A stretch of DNA of 33,000 nucleotides from Dicyema japonicum (Eukaryota > Animalia > Dicyemida): contig RDEW01000009.1 in assembly GCA_011109175.1 (NCBI GenBank), positions 1,043,652 through 1,076,651 on the forward strand, given 5' to 3'. The translations under genes and the position numbers were made by a program. The notes below the pieces were generated by a model that was given only the letters and a program-made list of their open reading frames with translations, was not told the DNA's origin and ran no database searches. Within the stretch, counting starts at the first letter, position 1, and each line of letters starts with the position of its first letter. Of this stretch, positions 1 through 10,970 are shown piece by piece.

Positions 1-2199
1 GAGGACTATGTTTAAAACACAAAAATACGAAATTTATGCCATAATTCTCATCTAATCTGATACTAGCAGAATAATGGCTCTTTAATTTAGACCACGTGTG
101 CAGGGACGAGTCCATTTGGCCATGTATTGGAGGTGGCTGCAAGAAATGGTGGAAATTGTAGTCATGTTCTGTTTGGTATAAAAACGTGTTGGAAAGGAAA
201 GGTGAATACGAAAAATCTGATATTCCGTGGTCGGATATCATAATTGTGTCTCGGTTTGACCAATTACAAATGTTCAACTCAAAAATCCTTGATTTCTCGA
301 CGACACCAATCACGGAATTTTTCAATGGAGACCAAAACACGGAGAACTTTCCATCAAACGGAATTTTATGTAGCTACACAATCAGTAATGACACGTGCCT
401 GTTTTCACACTTCCGTAAGTCATATATGAGTAGCGACCCATTGGAAATGGCAGAAAACACATGGTCACGTGAGGACTGAAGTTCAATGACTGGGCACATT
501 TGACCTGAGTAAGGTTGATGGTGGATGGTCTCCGCATGTCAATCAAATGAAGAGACCGAGGATGACTGTAAAGAACATTTTTTTTATATTTCTGAGGACC
601 AATTGACAGAATTTTATCGGAGGTGTCTCAATTACAACCCAAAGTACATTTCTGGTAAAACGGAAAAAGAGTTAAGTTTTTCGAATAAATCTGGTCGAAC
701 TCCCAGAAGGAAAGAACCGATGAGATAAAAGGTTCCGGCGGGTCCGCCACACTAATGAGCTAATGTAAGCAAAGAATGTACCCATGGAGAGGAGTAATCT
801 GAGTTCCAGCTAAGTAAACGATTATTCATAGGTTCGCCCCTAAAATAAGTTGACAATAAACCCAAATTGAGAAAAAAGTGAACTCCTTCCCATATGATAG
901 ACTAAAGGTTAGGTCACATAATTACTTGACTAGGTAGGCTTCATTTTTAGAGTTGTTGAAGGCTATCATGTCGTCATAGATGCTCAATTTGAGAAAAGCT
1001 GGATCCTTATAATTATCGATTCAAGCTTAACTTTGACAACACAGTGAGGATTGAAGATCCGAACAGGCCGTGAATGATCTTTCGCGAGGAAATCTCCGAC
1101 TAGCATGAACATGTTGGCAAACATTCTCCATTTGATATTTTTGAGTGTAGAATTTCTTTATACTCAAAGATCTGGATCTCCTCTTCGCACATGAAAAACT
1201 TCTTTGGGGAATTTAGAGGCCAATAAAAATAGTTCATTCTTTTTTCGAATATAAAATTAGAAAAAAAATAAAATAATAATTTAAATTTAAATTTCATTAT
1301 TACTCGTAGAGAAGTGATATGAAGACTTTGAGTTTCTGAAAATTTCGATCAATATCACTCCTGTCAAGTGGCGTGACCTTCAATGGTAATTTTAAAAACT
1401 TTCCACTTTAATCATTTCTAGGCACTAATACAAGATCCAAGAGATTCCGGAGATGGGGGACTATGGGAGACAGCCCACGTTTGTCAAATAATCGAAGCTC
1501 GCGATAGGCCCTCCGCATTTGTCTAGTAATTTAAATTCTTGTTGGTTCCATCAGAATTTGAATTAATGACTTATTTTTATGAAATCCTTGAAAATCTTTG
1601 TAATGAAGAGAAAATTTAATAACTAATAAATTAATCCACTTCCCACACTCGTAAAGTCCGAGAGACTTTCCAAATCACACATGTCCATTCAGAATCGAAA
1701 AGCTGTTGGTATCTCTCCTGCATAGCCCTTTACCCCATTCTCCATGATGTTGATAGGAAATATAGAGTCGACTCAGGTTGTATCTTACACTAAAAGCTTC
1801 TTCTCTTTAGACTGAAAGACTGTAATTTCCTTCTCATACTTTGTCAGAGAGCTTCAGCACGGAGGAATCGGTACTAATTAGGGCTCGGGAATTAAGGAAT
1901 ATTACTTACTGTTTTTTGAAATTCGAACATTAAATAAACCAGAAAATCTGTGATCGATTGTTTGGCACGGTGTAGTATTATTCTCGTCTTTATATCTCAA
2001 AATTTCGAGTTTTTGGAAACAATTAAGCTTTGACGAAAAGCTTTCGAACACATGGTAGAAATTTTTTTTTAATTTTGATTTTTTAATAAAATAATTGAAA
2101 AACATTAGTAAAAATAAATTTTATGTTTTTTAATAATATGTGGCCAATTTGAGAATTGGCCAATTTCTTGTTTAAATGACAGGATCTCTGTCAGTCAAC

Positions 2200-4345
2200 T
2201 GAAGTTAGGCAAAACGATGACTACCGGTATCAACGCATATGCCCAGACTATGGGCTTAGCAATGAAATGTCCAGATGAAGTTGGAAACTTCTACATAGAA
2301 CTCGCGTTGACCATGAACAATATTTGTGCTTCCCCCTTCGTTTTTCTTGCTGGTGACTGTAACGAAAAAGTTGAAACACAAACGAAAATTTTATTGAAGC
2401 CCATAGTAGAGGGGAGAGAAATTCTAATGGTAATGCATTCGCATGATTCTGCTGTGCATTGACCTCTTTCTGTGCAACACGGCGTTCAAACACTTCGCAA
2501 CGCACATGACGAGATGAGTCTGACAAAGAAAAAATCGGAATGGTGAGATTAGTTCCGATTTACAATCAAATCGATTATAACCGTGAAAACGTGAATTCAA
2601 ACGTATTCTTATGGACTCGCCATCTTATGGAGGCACTATTCTACTGAGTGATCATAAGGCGGTCATCTCTCGCTTTAAACTAGGAAGAAGTCAAGGAGTT
2701 AAAGAGGAAACAAAACTAACACAACTCTGGAAGATTGGCGGTGGAAAGTCTGCCACCTACGAGAGATTCGCTGATAAAGTGAAGTCTTCGTTTCAGAGTT
2801 TGACATGAGAGGCCCACTAAGTCAGTTTTGGACTGCAATAATTAATGGACTTGGAAATATTGCCTGGTCACTGTTGAAGGATGTCTCAAGAAGGCCACAA
2901 TCGGCTCGCATATACAATAAACAAATAGACTACTATCGAGAACACAAAAAAAATTTGAGACTCGGGACTAAGAATACAAAATGCCCAAAAAAGAAAACAT
3001 TATGAAAGAAAAAAGGAACTCAATCCTACGGAACTTAAAGAATATAGTACGCTTGCACCACGAAAGTACAAATGTGAATGACAAGAATAAAATACGAATA
3101 CTAGACAAAAAAGAAGTTGAGAAAATAATGCTGATCAATTTGAATCGCTCTGCAGTAGTGACGACGAACGCATAACTCAATTTGTAGGACACCCCAGATC
3201 TTTGACTACACCAATGGCGGTGATACAAACGGCTCTACAAAGCTGAACAACAATAGGGGTCGAGGCACTGATGGTATCAACGGGAAACTTCTAAAACATT
3301 CGCCGCACTGGCCTGTCAAATATGCAACATGTTAAAATACATTTTTATGAAACACAAGCCTGTCTCACTAGGGCATGGAAATCTGATACCTATACGGAAA
3401 CCTGGGAAGTCGGTTGGACCAGTAGAATATCTCAGACCTATGATCCTTCTAACAACTCTACGAAAACTACAATCTTTGGTTGTTCTGGATAGGATTTCCC
3501 ATACTGTTGCCGAATATCTGTCTCTGGGGCAAAGTGAATTCAGAAGAAAAGGTCCACGACGGATATCGTATGGAAACAGATGGATATTCGCTATGACGCA
3601 GAGATTCAAAAAGGCTGTTCACATAGTGGGGATTAATCTCTCCCGAGCTTTAGATACTGTACGCAGATGGAAACTAATATTGTTACTTGGTACGTTGCTG
3701 GACGAGTACAGTCAAAGGATAATCCGGGTCCTCTTGCAGACACTGAAATACAAGTCTGGGTCGGTTTCAGAGTGATCTCGTGAATTTGATACACATATTG
3801 GCACTCCTCAAGGAGATTCTTTATTGCCACTACTATTTGTTATCTATCTGGAAGCTGCCGTTCGGGATCACAGAACTAATTTACGCGGATGACATAGACT
3901 TTGTTTCGGACGACATAAAGCTAAATCATGCTCTCGGAGCATTCGCTGGATGATTTCTGAAATAAACGAAAAAAACGGAGGTCATAAGTGTTAAAAGAGA
4001 AACTCAATTGACAGATGAAATGTAGAACAAGAAAGTCTGCTCAATACTCGGTGATTGAGAAGATGTTCAGCGAAGGAAAATGTTATCGATTCTTGTACTT
4101 AAAAGACTAAAGTCCCGGGGATTATTTGGACATATATTGAAAATGGATCCTGCTGCTCCCGCAAATGACATCATTGAATCATACTTCCTAAGCACCGGTC
4201 CATTTAGGGGCAGACCACAAACAACCCCTCTACTGACCTTAAACAATGACATAAAAAATGTAAAAATGCGACTGGAAAGTTGGCCCAATGTCATCAGAAG
4301 TCTCGCGTTCAGCCAAGAAGGCAAGGATGAAACGATTAGAAAACG
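2200..4345 (+). mobile_element. Degenerate RTE-like non-LTR retrotransposon (APE endonuclease + reverse transcriptase), many stops and frameshifts
   Basis: Motifs occur in the expected order across frames. Endonuclease: INAYA, FLAGDCN, NQIDY, LSDHKAV. RT: LNNNRG.GTDG, LIPIRKPGK...LRPMILLTTLRK, INLSRALDTV, GTPQGDSLLPLLFVIYLE, YADDIDFV. RTE-type C-terminus: LFGHILKMD...FRGRP. Confidence 0.9.
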
Positions 4346-4496
4346 CAAATCAACTCAAAAAATAATAAATTTGTTGAAACAAAGTAATACAAAATATTAA
4401 TTAATAATGTTAAAAATTATTAAAATTAAAAAAAATAAAAATTAAATAATAAAATACTAATTTTAACAGTGTTTGTTGTATGAGCAATCCAACTAT

Positions 4497-4817
4497 TTAT
4501 TTATTAACCCCGGATACACCGAGAAAGAAGTTAAAGTAAACAACTAATTAAGTGTATCCAGTTTCCACTTCTACAGAAACAGAGTCCATCCGGAATCAAC
4601 ATAAAAGGTAAAAGACGTCCATAGTTGCAGTTGTGGAAACCCCTCCAGTGGAGTGGGGGAGAGCAAATGATCCTTTTTCGTGCCGGCCTGGCACTGGGCG
4701 CCACCTAGACAGGTGGATCACATGACGCCACTCTAATAGGAAGAGAGAGGAGGAACAGACGATCAAACAGAAACTTAAACCAATTAGCCACGAAGCACCA
4801 CATGGTGCCACGCGGCC
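4497..4817 (-). mobile_element. Short non-autonomous element, family B, copy 1 (structured head/core + LINE-derived tail type 2)
   Basis: Head and core align by eye with 14241-14430 and 22810-22947. The tail (ggatacacttaattagttgtttac...ttctttctcggtg) matches the LINE 3' end at 13790-13860. Confidence 0.75.
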
Positions 4818-4861
4818 AAAATATATTCAGCAATCTAACTAATGGCAACATAATGAGTTTT

Positions 4862-5559
4862 AAGAAAGTGAAGAAGCGTCGGAGGAGAAATGTATATAAT
4901 AATAGTTATTGTAGTTCAGAAATGGCAATTAATGCAGTGAAAGAAATATGACGAACGTAGAAAGTTGTTTGTTCAAAAATCCAGAAAGGAAAGATGCCAG
5001 CAGAACACGTTCATAAAATAATTAGAGATCATGAAGATACGAGTTCCCGAAAATAAGAAAAGCTTGTATATTTCTGGTAAAAAAGTATAAGTAAAAAATT
5101 AGTGGATTAAACTATATTCCTCATGCAGCATTGAAGCTATTAGAGAATATTCCGATGGCATGGGAACAGATAAAAGATGTTGATCTGTTATATCACAACA
5201 GGGACATAACATTAGTAAATGTGATTCCTTGGGTAATAGAGCATGTATATAGCACAATACGGGTATTTATATGTATAATTAAAGAACACTGTGGATAATG
5301 ATATGAATGGAGAAATGTGATAGACAACACTTTAAGGGAATGAGATTATCACCATTTGATGAGATTACAGTGACAATATAATGGATGTGGAACCATTAGA
5401 GGATATTTAGGAGGAATTACATCCAGAAGAGGTTATTTGTGTTAATGGTTTTATAATCCAAAAATAAAGTATTATTAATTAATATTGTTAGAAAATGATG
5501 GTCATTCAGACTGCCTATTTTTAGTAATTTATACAGATCGGCTAATACTTACAGATTTG
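4862..5559 (+). pseudogene. PRPF8: PRP8 (U5 snRNP splicing factor) pseudogene, N-terminal part, intron-containing
   Basis: Spliced translation gives [126 protein letters not shown], which is the conserved PRP8 N-terminus. Contains in-frame stops and frameshifts. GT-AG introns at 4892-4914, 5077-5102, 5263-5284 and 5469-5491. Confidence 0.95.
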
Positions 5560-5746
5560 ACGAATGGAGTCTTCGGGACCAGGAAGGTCTCTTTCTAAGA
5601 TTGCTTGGGTCAATGATATTGAAAGTGAGTAATGAGCGTGGGGAAACCGAATGGTTCTTCCAAAGGATTTCTCTGGTAGTTGTCAGGGGAAACAACCATT
5701 ACATCTTATCAGTTGGATTATTTTGATTGTCTTGTTTCTTAATAAA
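5560..5746 (+). mobile_element. CRE-clade non-LTR retrotransposon 3' fragment (REL endonuclease end)
   Basis: Translates GVFG...LGSMILKVSNERGETEWFFQRISLVVVRGN, matching the CRE C-terminal motif LFQRLS+A+QRGN. Followed by a stop and AATAAA at 5741. Confidence 0.75.
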
Positions 5747-5844
5747 TGGATTTAAATTAAAAGAAAACTTAATGATTTATTGGATAATAATAATTTTATT
5801 TATTTTATTTAAATTTATTTTTCACAACAAGGGTTTTAAATTTA

Positions 5845-7190
5845 GCAATCAAATCAGAAAAAAACAAACTCATGTGACCCAGACTGAATTACTCTTATTC
5901 TACTGAAACACTTGGGCCCAGCATCAATAAATGCATTAACAATCATCTACAACACATTGCTGAACATAAATACCATACCGACTTTATGGAAACTATCAAA
6001 AATTCGTCCAATATTGAAACTGGGAAGACCGAAGAACGATCCCGGCTCTTACAGACCAGTCTCCTTTATATGTGTTTTGTCGAGGATCTTGGAGAAACTG
6101 GTCCTAAAAGTTATTCGCCCTTCTCTCCCACAACCTACATTCCAACATGGCTTCAAGGAAGGATTATCAACAACCTCCTTCCTAACGACATTAATGAAGT
6201 TCATAACTGAAGGACACAAGAACAAGCCAAAACAGGAAAAATCGTCATATGTACAATCGACATTCGAAAAGCTTTCGACTCTGTCCCAAGGAAGATCCTC
6301 ATAAGAAAAATATTTTTGACAAAAATTGATGCACCACTAAAGTTATGGTTAGCAAATTTCGTAAGTGGACGCCGAGGGAAAGTATCCGTCGGAAACAAGA
6401 GTTCCAGATCGGGATTATTACCCAATGGTGTACCCCAAGGATCTCCTCTGTCACCAATCCTTTTTAATTTGTTTTCGAGTGATCTTCCCGTACCTATGAA
6501 TAATAATGACATGCTACTTTCTTATGCCGATGACATAGTTATCGCATCTAGAGACGTAAATGTCGAACATGCTAAAGAAAGACTACAAGGAATACTAAAT
6601 AACATATTTGAATGGTTGTGCGAAAATCGATTAAATGCATGTTCCGAAAAGTCAGCAGTCACTCTATTTACCAAGAATAGAAAGATGGGAACGCAAACAA
6701 TTGATGTCACGTTAAATGGAGTACCTATACCACAAAAGAAATCGCAGAAGATACTGGGGGTAACTTTTGATACTTTCCTCTGCTTCTCATCCCATGTGGA
6801 ATCTATCATATCAACCTGTGCAAAGAAAATCAATTTTATAAAGGCCTTCCGGGACCCTCTAAAAGCAGTATGTCGAGCCAACAATAGGATATGCATGTGC
6901 TGCATGGGGATCTAACCTGTCGGCAACGAACCTAACAAAAATTCAAGAGATCCAGTCAAGAGAAAAAAAATTACTGGAAAAATATACAGATAAAGAAATT
7001 GCCCCCAGAGCACTCGAGTCTATCATAGAGGCAACTGGAGGCAATTTCAGAAGAGGAAAGGAAAAAGACCCCCTTCCGTATAGAAAATGCGTGGGATCAC
7101 GGTCGGAGCATCGAGAAAAAATGGCCCGATTATTGAGAAATGCCGGGATCACCTGAATATTAGTTATTGGTTAAGACGGTGTTTCTTTTG
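5845..7190 (+). mobile_element. 5'-truncated I/Jockey-group LINE: RT domain, internally deleted C-terminus and 3' UTR, inserted in the PRP8 pseudogene
   Basis: ORFs 5912-6304 and 6316-6915 contain WKLSKIRPILK, SYRPVS, QHGFK, DIRKAFDSV, GVPQGSPLSPILFNL, YADDIVI and KILGVTFD, with a frameshift near 6200-6260. Ends RLLRNAGIT* at about 7156. Confidence 0.92.
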
Positions 7191-7371
7191 CTTAAATAAT
7201 AATAATTCCTGGTGGACCAAAATTTGAACCATTGGTTAAAGTATACTAATGTTTAGAAATGATGATTGGAATGAATTTAATAGTATTAATAAAATAATAA
7301 TCCGTCAATCTGTTAGAACAGAATACAAGATTGCATTTCCTTATGTTCCTTACCAAGTACATCTTTCATGG
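7191..7371 (+). pseudogene. PRPF8: PRP8 pseudogene, continuation after the LINE insertions
   Basis: [50 protein letters not shown]; colinear with the upstream fragment. Confidence 0.93.
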
Positions 7372-7420
7372 TTTTTATTCTAGCTAAGACGGTGTTTTTT
7401 GTTCCAATAAATTTAAAATT
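7372..7420 (+). repeat. Isolated LINE 3'-UTR tail (type 1)
   Basis: tttttattctagctaagacggtgttttttgttccaataaattt resembles 14512-14560, the reverse complement of 22675-22720, and 7160-7190. Confidence 0.6.
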
Positions 7421-7824
7421 TTAAATAACTATACTCAATATTTATTAAATATTATGGCAATGATGTGTTGCCATTAGAACACGTAATAAATATTTTAGAA
7501 TGTAAAGCTTAACCTTAATGTCGATGATATTCACTTGACCACTGTTGAGGGAGAAGGTTTTATTATATTTAGGTGTCTCTACATCCACTGGTAGTAGCTT
7601 ATGTTTCTGCTGGATCATCTTTACTTCATCTTTCTGTCTCAGGAATTGTCATTTGTTCACATTAATTGTAATTCAGATCAGTGATTGTACAATTAGATTT
7701 AATATTGTAATAATTTATTTATTGATTGGATTCTTGAGTAGTGACAGCAGCCTCTCTAAATTAATTCATAACTAGTGCGATTTTTTATTAATAATAATTA
7801 ATTTTATTTAGGAAAGAAAAGGAA

Positions 7825-8072
7825 AAATGGTCATATAGCGGCTGCCCTGACTGTATGGCTTAAGATGGCGAACGAGATTCGCTCAAATAACCAGCAGCGA
7901 TCACGAGGGTCTCCTGATCGTGTATTAATAAGATTCCCTAGACGACTCAAGAATTCCTGCGTCATAGGGGCAAGGAAATCAACCAGGCGTCTCTAAGGCA
8001 AGTAAAACAAAAAATCCTTGGGTAGGACCGCGTACTTTTCCCGTTTCAACTTCTGGGCCATCTCAGCGGCAT
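7825..8072 (-). mobile_element. CRE-clade non-LTR retrotransposon 3' fragment
   Basis: Minus strand reads AAEMAQKLKREKY...LALETPG...FLSRLGNLINTRSGDPRDRCWLFERISFAI (K..KY, ETxG and LFQRIS motifs). Confidence 0.8.
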
Positions 8073-8593
8073 AATAAACATTTCAAACCAACACGTTTAT
8101 AACTTAATTACTATTTCACATGTGATAATTTAAAAAATATATGATTTTCTCATTCTATCCATTGACTCTCGGATAAACAAAGCCACAAATGAGAAAAATT
8201 TATTGAATTGGGTATCTTCCCAAAATAATTCTGACCAGAAAAGGAAATTTTTGAATATTATTGTAAAAATTTTATTGAAGTAAAATTAACTAAGAGTTTT
8301 GATGAAAATTGAATTTTAATTAAAAGATGTTTGGAGCCAATCCATCGAAATGAAATACAGAGGAATTTATCTGCAATATTTGAGACCTGCCATAACAACT
8401 TCACTTTATGTTCATAAATTGTAAAATTATTATGTAAAGACATATATTTTTAAACTGAAAATGTTTTGAATTGCATTATTCTATATTTTAACAAAGTTTT
8501 TTGATTAGCTTTTTTCATATCTCAGGTCAAAATTCGATGTTTAAAAGGTAATAAAGTCAATTTTTAGGTCAAAATTTCGAATTTATAAAGTCA

Positions 8594-8935
8594 AAAAATC
8601 GCCGTAGTCATAACTAATCGTAAATAATAACTTAGTAAATGTTGTTGATCCAGAAGACATAAGAATCTGTATAAGACTTTCTAAGAAATTCAACTTGTAA
8701 AAACATCGAGCTGTCCTCTCTTTAGTAATCCAAAATAATAAAATCCTCATTTTGAAAATTCCATACTGTGACTAAACTCTTCATGGACGACACGAAATTT
8801 AGGACATTCAAAACAAGACATAGTAAATTAGATTATCTTTGCTGTAAACTGATGCAAAGCTTTTTCCCCATAGAATAGTAATAACTGGACGAGCAAGACG
8901 ATCTTTAATATTCCAGGAAGCATTTCGTCTTCTAG
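8594..8935 (-). mobile_element. Possible Tc1/mariner remnant
   Basis: Weak HTH-linker-like text (WNIKDRLARP). A 20-nt motif at 8594-8613 is 18/20 identical to the reverse complement of 28929-28948, which lies next to another Tc1-like remnant. Confidence 0.3.
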
Positions 8936-9044
8936 TTTATAATAAAATCAACAAATTAGCAGTATGCTTGAATTTATTAGGGTTCAAATTTGGATTGCTT
9001 CTTCCAAGTCATGCTGGTTTTCCGAGGCTTCTTAATAATAATCA

Positions 9045-9415
9045 TAACAGCCTTTTCATGAGAGACATAATATTTATAGCTCCGCTTAGGCAGGACACAC
9101 ACTTTATTTAAGTAAAGAAGAGTTAATTTTAACTAATCCAAGGAATGATCTTCACTTCTATTTTTCTTTTTTTTTGTGTGGGTCTTTTCTAGACAATCTA
9201 GTTCCGCAGTGAGTATCCACTGATGACGGCGTCACTCGTCAAACCCTATCTGCATCATAGATGTGGAACCTTCCACCAGGTGAACAGCAGCGAGAATCGA
9301 ACCCGTAACTATGCCACTAATGACGGCGTCACTCGTCAAACTCTTTCTGCATCGTAGATGCGTGGAACCTTCCACCAGGTAAACAGCAGCGAGAATCTAA
9401 CCCGTAACTATGGGA
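9045..9415 (-). mobile_element. tRNA-derived SINE family A, copy 1 (divergent subfamily, 5'-truncated, internal ~97-bp tandem duplication)
   Basis: B box GGTTCGATTC on the minus strand. Core ggttccacgcatc...tgacgagtgacgccgtcatcagtg...cactgcggaac and tail aaataaagtgtgtgt.ctgcct are shared with the other three copies. Duplication at 9217-9313 and 9314-9412. Confidence 0.85.
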
Positions 9416-10079
9416 GGCTTCCTCTTGTGTCATAATTCCAACTCCATTTCTATTTTACCCCATACATAATCCAATTAGAAAAACCGCCAAAATTTGTTTA
9501 ATCTCTTAAATTATAAAATGTCAAAAATCCTTTAATCATTTTGTGTTCGAATAATGATTGTGTTGTTCGTGTTTAGTTTTAATAATCAAGCCCACATGAT
9601 TTCCTGGACGGCAATGGTGGGGTAATGCGTCCCAAAGAAGGCCAATCATTCGTATATTTGTATGTCTTTATCTACCTTCCATCTAGGTTCCTATTCTTTT
9701 TATTAATGTCAATTTTTAAATTGGAAACAATTTTTGATTTAATTTTTAATACAAATTCATTTTAGTTAATTTTTGAACGAATGAAAATTTTGTTAATATT
9801 ATTTAATACAAATTGGAAAAAATAAAAAATTTCATTAACACAAGTATTCATATGCTTTTTTATGTACTTGCCTTACATTAATAAAATATCTCAAATTGAA
9901 ATTATAAAGAAAATTATGCTATTTTGTGCCAGATTTGCTGATTGAGTTGATAGATCTCTCAAGGTTCACAAACAGCTTTGATGATTGTATATTTAAAATT
10001 GGCTGATTAATTTTGATATTTTTTTAATGTGATTTTGATATTAAACTCAAAAATAAAAAAAAGTGAGTTTTACTATAAT

Positions 10080-10250
10080 TGACCACTGCACTACACATTG
10101 TGTACCGCCGAACTTGGAATATGTAAAAATATCGTCTTCCTAAAAATAGAACGGCTTTGCTTCAATCCATGGATATTGGCAATATAAATCTTTAAGAGGA
10201 AATTACCAGATGCAAGTTAATCTAATTGGCAGAATTATTGGATACTTAAA
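10080..10250 (+). mobile_element. pogo/Tigger DDE transposase fragment
   Basis: HCVPPNLEYVKI..LPKNRTALLQSMDIG.IKSLRGNY resembles the Tigger motif FLPPNTTS.LQPMDQGII..FK..YR. Confidence 0.65.
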
Positions 10251-10970
10251 ACATTTCGATATACAATTCTTACAAGAAATTGACTTTAAGGATACGGTTT
10301 TTTATAAAAATTCCTTGGGAAGTCGTACCCGATGATCAGATGATCAGATGATCAGAAAATACAAAACAATATTATTGAAGCAAAGAATAAACAGTTAGGT
10401 ATTAAATATTATTTTAATAAAACTTAAATATGTTTTTTTGTTTATTTGAGGCATTTTCAAAAAATTGCTATTCAAAATTATTGATTTTATTTTTTCTAAT
10501 TGGCCAATAATTCTAAAAAATTTAATAAATAAAATAAAATAAAAAAGAACCAAAAAATAGGCAATTTAAGAGAATTGACTTTAATCATAAGAAAACCTTA
10601 TAGTCAATTTAACCCTCTTCCAACACTGTCTTCCTGTTCTCATAGAATTTTTGGAGTATAAGATATCACATGGATTGATCCTCCTATATACTATGCATCT
10701 TGGTTGCAACTCATAAAAACAATTAAAGTGGGAATCGTCATTTGAGGCTACAAATTCAAAATAGTTATTAAACGTCATTAATGAGTTTATCAACCGTCTC
10801 CTACAGAAGTTTAGTGACCTCGTTTGTTTTATTTAATGTTCTGACAAGTATTCGATGATTTCTTCGATAGTTCTGTACCTTATTTCATGAAAATTTTGTC
10901 CAAGCCTTTAATGTTGCTTTTGGGATCCAATCGGAGGATGTCTAGAAAGTTAAATTCAACAGATTACTTC

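Noticed and set aside
1-1900. Possible micro-intron genes (ORFs 186-479 and 525-728; GT-AG segments at 415-433, 814-831 and 908-933; a GGNCSHVLF SWIM-like motif; minus-strand coding-like text at 1300-1900)
   Set aside because: I could not assemble a consistent spliced ORF or recognise a family, and the SWIM-like motif lacks the upstream CxC.
3316-7152. Minus-strand ORFs 3316-3609, 3633-3830, 4067-4348, 6201-6512, 6522-6905 and 6943-7152
   Set aside because: Antisense shadows of LINE coding sequence.
7241-7256. Apparent 16-nt intron gtatactaatgtttag in PRP8
   Set aside because: Removing it does not restore the frame and adjacent codons are missing; probably a deletion remnant of a longer intron.
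9220-9245. Hammerhead ribozyme (CTGATGA in the SINE A core)
   Set aside because: No GAAA after stem II, and no stem I/III arrangement with a cleavage triplet.
10331-10356. (GATGATCA)3 microsatellite
   Set aside because: Trivial slippage repeat.
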